Shown here one piece after another: positions 26,181 to 33,806 of a stretch of 45,284 nucleotides of DNA (within the stretch, counting starts at the first letter, position 1; each line of letters opens with the position of its first letter). The translations under genes were made by a program, and so were the position numbers. The notes under the pieces were generated by a model. That model saw only the letters and a program-made list of their open reading frames with translations. It did not search any database and was not told the origin of the DNA. Source of the DNA: Candidatus Micrarchaeota archaeon (GTDB lineage Archaea > Micrarchaeota > Micrarchaeia > Burarchaeales > Fermentimicrarchaeaceae); assembly GCA_026396455.1 (NCBI GenBank), contig JAPLWT010000030.1, positions 1-45,284 on the forward strand, written 5' to 3'.

Positions 26181-27435
26181 AGTTCACCACCAAGCGGTAG
26201 TTGAAGCTTCCCTGTATTGCGCCAAACGAAAGCGTGTTGTCTCCTCCCTTCAGGTACTTTGAGATATCGGTAACTGAATTGGCTGGGATGGAGTTGCCGT
26301 TTACTGAGATGCCAGTCACAGTGCTGGGGTCTGCAGTCTCACTTGCCGGGGCGTAGTAGTTTATCACAAGAGTTGCATCTCCTGCCGCAACATTCGAACC
26401 ATAACCGCCAGGCGGGCATGGACTGATTGCTGGCTGCATGGTGATGCTTACTGTGTTCAGACCGGCTTTTACAACGTCTGAGGGGGTTGCTGTCTTGACG
26501 CCATTAACGTATACCTCCATTGAACCGCTGAGCGGGTGATTGTATAGCAATGCACTTGTTATGAAGCTTTCCTGGGGTATCTCAACAGTGCCCTGCTGGC
26601 TGAAGAAGTTTGATGAACTGATTCCTTCAGAGTCTCCCCCGAGAGTGCATGGGGAAATTTGGGAATATCCGTAGGAAGCTTGCGCGCTTGCACTTCTGTC
26701 CTCGTACAGATGGGCATCCGTTATCTCAAGCACTGCTGAATAGATCACTGCATCCTGGGGCAGCGAGAAAATCTCCGTGTATGAGGAAGTATCCTTCGCA
26801 ACTATCTTCTTGTCTATGTTGAATGTCCTTACAAAACCGCTCGCAGGCGCCCTCGTGTCAAGTACTGTGAGGTTAGTGCTAACGACCAGTGACTCGTTGG
26901 TGACTGGATTCACAAGCACGCTCCCGTTATCATCCTGCGCCACAGCTGTGACGTTATAAACGCCTGGGTTGGAGGGCACAAATGTTGATGTGATTGTATG
27001 CGAGATGACCACCGTGACATTGTACTCATCCGAAACGGAAAGAGAAGTCTCATTGCCAGATGCGTTCACGACGCGTATGAGGAGATGCGGCACCTTCATC
27101 GGGTTGGGGTAGTTGTTCCATGCCGTGAGCTGTATCATCGAAGGCTGGTAGAGGAAGTACGGCTCGCTCTTTTTAATCTCGAGAGAAACCAAACTGGCAT
27201 TCGCGTACTCTCCTGAGCCGCCGGAGACTGGGTAGAAGCCTGTGCCGAAACTCTCATTGCTGAGGTATGACAGGAGACCGGTTGATGCGTTCTCCACACC
27301 TCCGCGTGTTGCGGAGTAGGCTCCCTGCTGAACCTTCATTATCTCGGACAGGCTCATCACTCCAGCGAGCACTACGAGCACAACTGCGGAGAGTATCAGA
27401 AGAAATTCTATAGAAGTCTGAGCTCTCACGGCCAT
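26167..27435 (-). CDS. large pilin-like protein, candidate tip adhesin (class III signal peptide plus glycosylated Ig/PKD-like region plus Cys-bearing C-terminal domain)
   Basis: MAVRA-QTSIEFLLILSAVVLVVL. 10 sequons, all within residues 49-190. PKD-like stretch SNPGVYNVTAVAQDDNGS. ISPC-x2-GG occurs twice. Confidence 0.7.
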   Translation of the reverse strand: MAVRAQTSIEFLLILSAVVLVVLAGVMSLSEIMKVQQGAYSATRGGVENASTGLLSYLSNESFGTGFYPVSGGSGEYANASLVSLEIKKSEPYFLYQPSMIQLTAWNNYPNPMKVPHLLIRVVNASGNETSLSVSDEYNVTVVISHTITSTFVPSNPGVYNVTAVAQDDNGSVLVNPVTNESLVVSTNLTVLDTRAPASGFVRTFNIDKKIVAKDTSSYTEIFSLPQDAVIYSAVLEITDAHLYEDRSASAQASYGYSQISPCTLGGDSEGISSSNFFSQQGTVEIPQESFITSALLYNHPLSGSMEVYVNGVKTATPSDVVKAGLNTVSITMQPAISPCPPGGYGSNVAAGDATLVINYYAPASETADPSTVTGISVNGNSIPANSVTDISKYLKGGDNTLSFGAIQGSFNYRLVVNYAES

Positions 27436-27791
27436 ACCTTCACCTCCATAAGAATGGGTTGGTTGTTGACAAAAACCAATCTCCTAGCTGAATATACATT
27501 GACGTTGTCGGGCGCATAACCCCCGAAATGCGCCTCACCGATACTGACCTCGACTTTGTCCCTGAAAGTTGTGTTGAGCCTTACCAGATCCAAGTTTCCT
27601 CCCGGGCCCACATACCTCTTCGCTATCATGTCTGCAATATTGTCGGCAACCAGGTTCATCCTCTCATCCGCTATGTAAACGTTGGTTCTCTTCTCAAGAA
27701 TTAAAAAATTCGAACCGAGCAGCATCATGGCTAGGAAAGCGACCAGAATGGAAAGCATTTCCTCGCCAAATATCAATATTCCTTTCCTCAT
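27426..27791 (-). CDS. prepilin-like protein (degenerate class III signal peptide)
   Basis: MRKG-ILIFGEEMLSILVAFLAMMLL. ATGA overlap with the upstream gene. Confidence 0.5.
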   Translation of the reverse strand: MRKGILIFGEEMLSILVAFLAMMLLGSNFLILEKRTNVYIADERMNLVADNIADMIAKRYVGPGGNLDLVRLNTTFRDKVEVSIGEAHFGGYAPDNVNVYSARRLVFVNNQPILMEVKVWP

Positions 27792-28216
27792 CCACTTCCC
27801 TCCATTACAAGGAGCTTGCCTCCGTCAGTTTGGGTTATGGATACCCTTAATCCCTCAAGAGTGGTGCCTGCTATTGTGCTGGCGGAAGGATATCCGTCAG
27901 GAGTTACTATGACCCTGTTTGAGCTGAAGCTTATGTTGTAGTCAACCTCTTTTGAGAAGCTGACTCCCCGGAGCTTATTCGGGAGCATGAGGGAGATTGA
28001 ACAGCTGCCTTCCCTGCACAGGTTCCTCTGCAGCATGTCCGCTGAATTTGCTATTCTCTGCGCGAGCATAACTGATGCCATATTTATCTGGTTATTCTCC
28101 TCGCTCCTGCTTATCTGAATGGTGAAAACCAAGGAGGACAGGAAGAGCAGCAGAACTGCCGCTATGGAGGCGTAAAGCTCTATGGATATCTGCCCTCTAG
28201 TACATGAATTCAACAA
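27788..28216 (-). CDS. prepilin-like protein (class III signal peptide)
   Basis: ..CTRG-QISIELYASIAAVLLLFL. TTG start follows GGGTGA. Confidence 0.65.
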   Translation of the reverse strand: MLNSCTRGQISIELYASIAAVLLLFLSSLVFTIQISRSEENNQINMASVMLAQRIANSADMLQRNLCREGSCSISLMLPNKLRGVSFSKEVDYNISFSSNRVIVTPDGYPSASTIAGTTLEGLRVSITQTDGGKLLVMEGSG

Positions 28217-28613
28217 TCACTTCACCCGTTTTCCTGCAGTACATCCTTGCCACATGTCTTCCTCCGGATAGCGTGAAATTGCTGGGGAGGATGGATAACC
28301 TGTAGGGAGTCACCCTGCTGAGGTTCATCCCGCGGAATGTGAATGAGGTTATGTACTGGCCGTCAGCAATTCGCGTCTGGGAGTAGTTCGTCAGCCCATC
28401 GGGCACGTATATCGATATTATCCTCTGGGATCCCTCGACCATCACATCCGCATTCCCGTAAATCGTTTCAATAGAATCCGCGAACCTTGCTGTTGAAAGA
28501 GAGGGGCCTATGCTTCTGACACCTCCCTGCAATGAGTACAGAGTGAAGACGAGCAGCGTTACACCTACTGCTAATATGAGAAGGAATTCGACGCTTGTTT
28601 GTCCCCTCAACAT
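28197..28613 (-). CDS. prepilin-like protein (class III signal peptide)
   Basis: MLRG-QTSVEFLLILAVGVTLL. I chose the ATG at 28613, 5 nt after the upstream stop. The track ORF starts at 28658, which would give a longer leader. Confidence 0.65.
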   Translation of the reverse strand: MLRGQTSVEFLLILAVGVTLLVFTLYSLQGGVRSIGPSLSTARFADSIETIYGNADVMVEGSQRIISIYVPDGLTNYSQTRIADGQYITSFTFRGMNLSRVTPYRLSILPSNFTLSGGRHVARMYCRKTGEVIVEFMY

Positions 28614-28617
28614 GGCA

Positions 28618-28845
28618 TCAAGTGCTATTCGTATTGTTTGTCGAGTTTCTGAGCTCATTCAGTTGTCCTTCTATAGCCTGCACTGGAGACTGACTCTTAT
28701 TGTCTATTGTCACATTGCCCTGGGTGCTGGACCTGAGCTCTTTAATCGTTAAGAAAAGGCTTATCATCAGCAGCACGACAACTGAAATTAGCAGCAGATA
28801 CTCTATCGTAGTCTGTGCTTTTTTCAACTGGGGGCGTGTTTTCAT
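28618..28845 (-). CDS. very short prepilin, candidate major pilin (class III signal peptide)
   Basis: MKTRPQLKKA-QTTIEYLLLISVVVLLM. 75 aa with 5 N-x-S/T sequons in the tail. First gene of the operon, with GGTGAG SD. Confidence 0.7.
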   Translation of the reverse strand: MKTRPQLKKAQTTIEYLLLISVVVLLMISLFLTIKELRSSTQGNVTIDNKSQSPVQAIEGQLNELRNSTNNTNST

Positions 28846-28895
28846 GATCTCACCATCCGGAATATATTAGGGAGCGGATTATTTAAACTTTATAC
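28846..28895 (-). promoter_or_regulatory. promoter and SD region of the pilin operon
   Basis: The minus strand reads GGTATAAAGTTTAAATAATCC...GGATGGTGAGATC-ATG. This gives an A/T-rich TATA-like element and GGTGAG 4 nt before the start, in the 50-nt gap after thyX. Confidence 0.4.
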
Positions 28896-29600
28896 CTACA
28901 GTTTGGCGTACTTTTCCTTCATCTCCTTGAGCTTGCCGCAAGAGAACTCCCCCTCGGGGCAGGTTCCCAGCTGGACACACGAGGGGCCTGCCTTCTCGAA
29001 TATGACAGGGGCAACTTTCCTGCACTCCCTCGCCATCATCTCGGCAAGCTCCCTTATCTCCCACTGCGCCCTCTCACAGCATCGCAGGGAGAAGAAGTGA
29101 AGCAGCTCCCTGCCGTTCATCGTTATGGTGATTGTGGTCTTCGTGGCATTGGGAAGTATGTACCTCGCATCCTCAACCGGTATGCCAGTCCCTATGAGCT
29201 CATCATAATCCTTCCTTATTTCGGAAAGGGCTGCCTTGAAGAGCTTTGAAGCCTTTTCATTTGCTTTTATGGTTGCGGGAATTACGAATGCATCCTCTCC
29301 GCCTACCCTTACATACCTCTGGCTCTGCTGGGTGTAGGATGCCATCCTGTGCCTGACAAGCTCGTGGGTGAGGGCCCTTGAAACTCCGGAAACGCCGAAT
29401 GTGAATGAGACATGCTCCGTGACAGATGCGTGGCCGGATTTGATTATCTCCTTTAGCAGCTTCAGCGACTTCTCCTTCGCCTCTGCCGAACTGGCCTTTT
29501 CAAACAGCTCTGCAGGTGAGAGGTTGCTTCTGGAAGTCCTTGCTGCAGCTGCACACACTAGGTCAGGATGGGGAGTATAAGCTATGAGTTTTACTTCCAT
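28896..29600 (-). CDS. thyX: flavin-dependent thymidylate synthase
   Basis: ThyX signature RHRMASYTQQSQRY in 234 aa. Confidence 0.95.
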   Translation of the reverse strand: MEVKLIAYTPHPDLVCAAAARTSRSNLSPAELFEKASSAEAKEKSLKLLKEIIKSGHASVTEHVSFTFGVSGVSRALTHELVRHRMASYTQQSQRYVRVGGEDAFVIPATIKANEKASKLFKAALSEIRKDYDELIGTGIPVEDARYILPNATKTTITITMNGRELLHFFSLRCCERAQWEIRELAEMMARECRKVAPVIFEKAGPSCVQLGTCPEGEFSCGKLKEMKEKYAKL

Positions 29601-29633
29601 GAAAAAACCTCCAAATACTCTTTAAAGAAGAAG

Positions 29634-29641
29634 ATATAAAA
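29634..29641 (+). promoter_or_regulatory. candidate TATA box for tRNA-Leu
   Basis: ATATAAAA is centred about 29 nt upstream of tRNA position 1. Confidence 0.45.
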
Positions 29642-29666
29642 ATGTTGCAAGGAGCAATTAACTTAC

Positions 29667-29753
29667 GCGGGGGTGTCTGAGCCTGGTCAAAGGAGCAGGG
29701 CTTAGGACCCTGTGCGCTTAGGCGCTTCGTGGGTTCAAATCCCTCCCCCCGCA
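29667..29753 (+). tRNA. tRNA-Leu (anticodon UAG), class II with long variable arm
   Basis: Acceptor GCGGGGG/CCCCCGC, anticodon arm CAGGG-CUUAGGA-CCCUG, variable arm GCGC-UUAG-GCGC, T loop UUCAAAU, discriminator A. Confidence 0.85.
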
Positions 29754-29807
29754 TAAGGGCCTGTGAATATATAAAAAGAGTGAGCGCTGAAGGCACTCCT
29801 TCTATTC

Positions 29808-29966
29808 CTAAACTGCCTTCTTCGCCCTGATATCCTTTCTCTTAGGCCTCAGATGCGTGTAGAAGCATTTCCTGCATCTCTCGGCTCCTCTAGGGTTCCT
29901 TGCCTTGCATTTCCTGCATATCCATACCTTGGATATCTCTGCGTCAGCGAGTGGAAACTTCCCCAT
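29808..29966 (-). CDS. rpl40e: 50S ribosomal protein L40e
   Basis: MGKFPLADAE..ICRKCKARNPRGAERCRKC zinc ribbon, 52 aa. ATG at 29966 follows AGGTGA; the track ORF extends to 30002. Confidence 0.85.
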   Translation of the reverse strand: MGKFPLADAEISKVWICRKCKARNPRGAERCRKCFYTHLRPKRKDIRAKKAV

Positions 29967-30003
29967 AAACATCACCTGGAAGTAGATATTTTGAGCATGC
30001 AAG

Positions 30004-30010
30004 TTTAAAT
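30004..30010 (+). promoter_or_regulatory. candidate TATA box for tRNA-Thr
   Basis: TTTAAAT is centred about 32 nt upstream of tRNA position 1. Confidence 0.45.
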
Positions 30011-30038
30011 TCGTATTTATTCATAATTTTATCTCTGA

Positions 30039-30110
30039 GCCCCGGTAGCTCAGTGGTAGAGCGAACGCCTTGTAAGCGTTAGGTCGCGAGTTCAATCCTC
30101 GCTCGGGGCT
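30039..30110 (+). tRNA. tRNA-Thr (anticodon UGU)
   Basis: Canonical cloverleaf: GCCCCGG acceptor, GCUC-AGUGGU-AGAGC D arm, AACGC-CUUGUAA-GCGUU, GCGAG-UUCAAUC-CUCGC. Confidence 0.9.
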
Positions 30111-30161
30111 TTCAAAAATCTTGAAAGGTATTTAATAATCGCCAGTTAAAAGGGAAAAACG

Positions 30162-31949
30162 ATGTGCGGAATTTTCGGCATTATAACTCTGAAGCCAAGA
30201 GCCATAGGTAGGGATTTGACTGCAGGTGGAAAGAGGCTTAGCTACAGGGGATATGATTCTGTGGGATGCGCAGTTATGTCTGACGGAAAGATAGACCTTA
30301 GAAAGGATGTCGGCAAAGTGGATGAGGTGAGCAAGAAGCTGAAGTTCTCAGAGATGCACGGTGACAGGGGAGTGATGCAACTCAGATGGGCAACCTTTGG
30401 AGCTCCTTCCAAGAATAATGCTCAGCCCCACTTGGACTGCGATGGGGATATGGTTGGCGCCCATAACGGCAATATAGTGAACACACCCCAGCTCAGGGAG
30501 CAGTTCATCAGGGAAGGCCACAGGGTAAGGAGCACAAATGACGGGGAACTGTGCATACACGCGGTTGAGAAGTACTATGATAAAGGATACAACATGGTTG
30601 ATAGCATAAGAAAGGCTTACGGCGATTTGAGGGGCGACTATGCATTCATCATATTCAACAACAAGGAGAAGAAGCTCTACGCGGTGAAGAAGGGCTCCGG
30701 CCTGGTTGTCGGAATCGGGAAGGATGAGATGTACTGTTCATCAGACTTACCCTCACTTCTCCCTCTGACAAAGAAGATTATATTCTTAAGCGATGGTGAG
30801 ATTGTTTCATTATCTCCAAAAGAGGCCAAAGTCTTAGGAGTTGGCGATGGAAAGGAGATAAAGAAGAAGATTATTGAGTACAGGGAGAATGCCGAGCATG
30901 CCAAAAAAGGCGGGTACGAGCACTTCATGCTTAAGGAGATAAATGAACAGCCAGTTGCAGTTGAAGATTTGGTTGAGCTGCTTGACGAGTCGAAATATGC
31001 TGATAAATTCCTCGATGTGATAAAGAGTTCTGACAAGGTTTTCTTCGTTGGGTGCGGCTCTAGTTACCATGCCTGCCTGCTCGGCTCATACTACTTTGGG
31101 AATATAGCGAAGAAAGTTGTGATTCCGGTTGTTGCACCGCAGTTCATCAGCGAGTACGGGCATACAATTGATGACAAAACCTGTGTTGTGCTTGTGAGCC
31201 AGAGTGGTGAAACTAAAGACGTGATAAACGCGATGAACTATGCAAAAGATAGGACTGATAAGATACTTGGAGTGATAAATGTGATTGGCTCAACCCTGAT
31301 GAACTCCAGCAAGGTGTATCTGCCTCTTGCTGCGGGCTATGAAGTCAGCGTTCCTGCCACGAAGACGTTTATCAACCAGTGCGTGATGTTCCTTTACCTT
31401 GCTAAAAAGATGGGGGGGAAATCGTGCGATGATATGAAGAAGCTTTCACCTCTGATAAAGGGTACTATAGAATCAACAAAGGATGATTGCAAGAGACTGG
31501 CGGGATACCTGAAAAAATGGGGCGATATGTATTGTCTGGGTTATGGGTCAACATACGGGATTGCAAAAGAGGCCGCCCTGAAGATAAAGGAGATAACATA
31601 CTCGCATTGCGAGGGGATGTATAGTTCTGAGTTCAAGCATGGGCCGCTCTCAGCTGTGAAGAGAGGTTACCCGGTAATATTCATCAGCTCTCTGAAAGAT
31701 GGGGATGTGATGGTCAGCCATATGAACGAGGTTACATGCCGGGGTGGCAGGGCCATATCCATTGCGGAGAAAAGCGAGAGCATGGCGAGAAATGCGAGTG
31801 AACTGATTGAGCTGCCGCATTCAACTGATTACTTCTCGCCCCTGCTTGCCGCAATTCCGGCACAGCTTATAGCATACTACCTGAGTGTCAGCAGGGGAAT
31901 CGACCCGGACTTCCCAAGGAACCTGAGCAAGACGATTACTGTAGATTAA
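30162..31949 (+). CDS. glmS: glutamine--fructose-6-phosphate aminotransferase (isomerizing)
   Basis: MCGIFG Ntn-Cys start, two SIS domains (GCGSSYHA; SQSGETKD) and C-terminal NLSKTITVD in 595 aa. Confidence 0.96.
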   Translation: MCGIFGIITLKPRAIGRDLTAGGKRLSYRGYDSVGCAVMSDGKIDLRKDVGKVDEVSKKLKFSEMHGDRGVMQLRWATFGAPSKNNAQPHLDCDGDMVGAHNGNIVNTPQLREQFIREGHRVRSTNDGELCIHAVEKYYDKGYNMVDSIRKAYGDLRGDYAFIIFNNKEKKLYAVKKGSGLVVGIGKDEMYCSSDLPSLLPLTKKIIFLSDGEIVSLSPKEAKVLGVGDGKEIKKKIIEYRENAEHAKKGGYEHFMLKEINEQPVAVEDLVELLDESKYADKFLDVIKSSDKVFFVGCGSSYHACLLGSYYFGNIAKKVVIPVVAPQFISEYGHTIDDKTCVVLVSQSGETKDVINAMNYAKDRTDKILGVINVIGSTLMNSSKVYLPLAAGYEVSVPATKTFINQCVMFLYLAKKMGGKSCDDMKKLSPLIKGTIESTKDDCKRLAGYLKKWGDMYCLGYGSTYGIAKEAALKIKEITYSHCEGMYSSEFKHGPLSAVKRGYPVIFISSLKDGDVMVSHMNEVTCRGGRAISIAEKSESMARNASELIELPHSTDYFSPLLAAIPAQLIAYYLSVSRGIDPDFPRNLSKTITVD

Positions 31950-31953
31950 GCTA

Positions 31954-31987
31954 TTTTTCTTTTTATAATTCTGATTAGATGAATCAG
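31954..31987 (+). terminator. oligo-T tract plus hairpin after glmS
   Basis: TTTTTCTTTTT (31954-31964) starts 5 nt after the TAA. It is followed by CTGATT-AGATG-AATCAG (31971-31987). Oligo-T is the usual archaeal termination signal. Confidence 0.45.
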
Positions 31988-32025
31988 TAACGTATCATTA
32001 AGGATATAAACACTGGGAGATATAG

Positions 32026-32931
32026 ATGGTTGTAGTGATTTTTATGAAAATAGGTACCAAGACTCTCAAAGAAGGCTTTGCTAAGATGCAGAAGGGAGGG
32101 GTGATAATGGATGTCGTCACCCCAAAGCAGGCACTGATTGCAGAGAAAGCTGGAGCTGTTGCCGTAATGGCCCTGCATGCGGTTCCGGCGGACATAAGGG
32201 CAAGAGGGGGCGTTGCAAGAATGGCTGACCCCGCGATTATTGAAAAAATAATGAAAACTGTGACAATTCCCGTTATGGCAAAGGTGAGGATAGGGCATTT
32301 TGCTGAAGCGCAGGTGCTTGAAGAACTCGGAGTGGACATGATCGATGAGTCCGAAGTCCTGACTCCTGCAGATGAACAGTTCCACATAGACAAGAAGAAA
32401 TTCAAAATTCCGTTTGTATGCGGTGCCAGGAACCTCGGGGAGGCTTTGAGAAGAATGAACGAGGGGGCAGCCATGATAAGAACGAAGGGGGAGCCTGGCA
32501 CTGGCGATGTCGCTGAAGCAGTAAAGCATGTGAGGCAGATAAACAGGGAGGTAGAGGAGCTTGTTTCATTCCAGAAGCACAGGGGGATGCTGAGGAGCAA
32601 GGCGGAGGAATTCGGAGTTCCTTTCGCGCTGGTCGAGGAGACTGCAAAGCAGGGCAGGCTTCCTGTTGTGAACTTTGCTGCTGGCGGGATAGCAACGCCT
32701 GCTGATGCAGCGCTCATGATGCAGCTCGGAGTGGATGGAATATTTGTCGGCTCGGGAATATTCAAGTCTTCCCACCCGGAGAGGTATGCCAAAGCAATCG
32801 TTGAGGCTACGAGGAGCTATGGCAGACCAGAGGTTGTTCTGAAAGTCTCGAAGGGGCTGGGGGATGCAATGCACGGAATTGATGCGAAGAGCCTGCAGGA
32901 TTCGCAGAAGATGCAGTTGAGGAGCCACTAG
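32026..32931 (+). CDS. pdxS: pyridoxal 5'-phosphate synthase lyase subunit PdxS
   Basis: [21 protein letters not shown] and [10 protein letters not shown] motifs. The start is either 32026 or the ATG at 32044. Confidence 0.95.
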   Translation: MVVVIFMKIGTKTLKEGFAKMQKGGVIMDVVTPKQALIAEKAGAVAVMALHAVPADIRARGGVARMADPAIIEKIMKTVTIPVMAKVRIGHFAEAQVLEELGVDMIDESEVLTPADEQFHIDKKKFKIPFVCGARNLGEALRRMNEGAAMIRTKGEPGTGDVAEAVKHVRQINREVEELVSFQKHRGMLRSKAEEFGVPFALVEETAKQGRLPVVNFAAGGIATPADAALMMQLGVDGIFVGSGIFKSSHPERYAKAIVEATRSYGRPEVVLKVSKGLGDAMHGIDAKSLQDSQKMQLRSH

Positions 32932-32948
32932 TTTTGCGGGTAGTTCAA

Positions 32949-33524
32949 ATGAGAGTAGGGGTTATTGCGTTTCAGGGAGCTGTGAGTGAGCACATGCGCA
33001 TGGTTGATGCAGTGCTAGGCAGCGGAAGTGCCCTTGCGGTCAGAAGGGCTGAGGAGCTTGATGATGTTTCCGCAGCCATAATTCCTGGAGGGGAATCGAC
33101 GACCATAGGGAGGCTCATGCGCAATTCAGGCGTTTTTGAAAAGCTGAAGCAGCTGGGTGATGGGGGCTTTCCCATATGGGGAACATGCGCGGGAATGATT
33201 ATGCTGGCAAAGGAAGGAGACGAGCAGGCGAAAAGAACGGGCGAGCTTCTGGGACTTATGGACATGAAGGTGAAGAGAAATACATTCGGAAGGCAGAGGG
33301 AGTCCTTTGAGGAGGAACTGGAAGTGAAAGGGATAGGTAAATCCCACTGTGTTTTTATAAGAGCACCTGCAGCTGAGAGGGTATACGGAAAATGCAAAGC
33401 CATTGCGCATCTAGGAAAATACGTGGTTGCTGCTGAACAGGAGAACCTGCTCGCAACAGCTTTTCACCCTGAGTTGACAAACGATCTAAGGCTTCATAGG
33501 TACTTTCTCGAGAAGGCGAGATGA
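32949..33524 (+). CDS. pdxT: pyridoxal 5'-phosphate synthase glutaminase subunit PdxT
   Basis: MRVGVIAFQGA, GGESTT, GTCAGMIML (catalytic Cys) and AFHPELT. The track starts at TTG 32934. Confidence 0.92.
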   Translation: MRVGVIAFQGAVSEHMRMVDAVLGSGSALAVRRAEELDDVSAAIIPGGESTTIGRLMRNSGVFEKLKQLGDGGFPIWGTCAGMIMLAKEGDEQAKRTGELLGLMDMKVKRNTFGRQRESFEEELEVKGIGKSHCVFIRAPAAERVYGKCKAIAHLGKYVVAAEQENLLATAFHPELTNDLRLHRYFLEKAR

Positions 33525-33528
33525 GTAT

Positions 33529-33555
33529 ATGTTTTTAAACATGTTTTTGCAAAAA
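33529..33555. promoter_or_regulatory. two adjacent palindromes upstream of the small wHTH gene
   Basis: ATGTTT-TT-AAACAT (33529-33542) and the perfect 12-mer TTTTTGCAAAAA (33544-33555), 27-53 nt upstream of the ATG at 33582. Confidence 0.35.
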
Positions 33556-33581
33556 GAAATGTATTCACAGGAGGTGTGTAA

Positions 33582-33803
33582 ATGGCAGAATTGACCCCAG
33601 TAGAGCAGATTGTTTTGAAGGCATTGCAGGACATCGGAGCAAGCGATGAAAGTAAGATGAAAACAGCAGACGATGTTCAGAAAAAGTGCAACAGGCCAAA
33701 AGGGCAAGTTAACAACGCGCTTATGAGCTTGGTAAGCAAGGGGGTTGTCATAAGGAAGGTCAGGGAGAAGGCTGCTGGCTACTACTTGAATAAGACAGGT
33801 TAA
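33582..33803 (+). CDS. small winged-helix DNA-binding protein (hypothetical)
   Basis: 73 aa. IVLKALQDIG..VNNALMSLVSKGVVIRK..GYYL fits a wHTH. GGAGGTG SD. Confidence 0.55.
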   Translation: MAELTPVEQIVLKALQDIGASDESKMKTADDVQKKCNRPKGQVNNALMSLVSKGVVIRKVREKAAGYYLNKTG

Positions 33804-33806
33804 GTC

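Noticed and set aside
26167-27435. A diversity-generating retroelement target in the adhesin-like C-terminus.
   Set aside because: There is no reverse transcriptase and no template-repeat copy of the C-terminal coding region anywhere in the window.
20700-29753. Possible integrated island next to tRNA-Leu, containing the HExxH, AAA and pilus genes.
   Set aside because: There is no integrase, transposase or recombinase. I found no direct repeat of the tRNA-Leu 3' end. thyX, a core gene, sits between the tRNA and the pilin operon. The locus is better treated as a chromosomal accessory locus.
29667-29753. A U50-U64 mismatch in the T stem of tRNA-Leu.
   Set aside because: A single non-Watson-Crick pair in an otherwise canonical class II tRNA is common and not noteworthy on its own.
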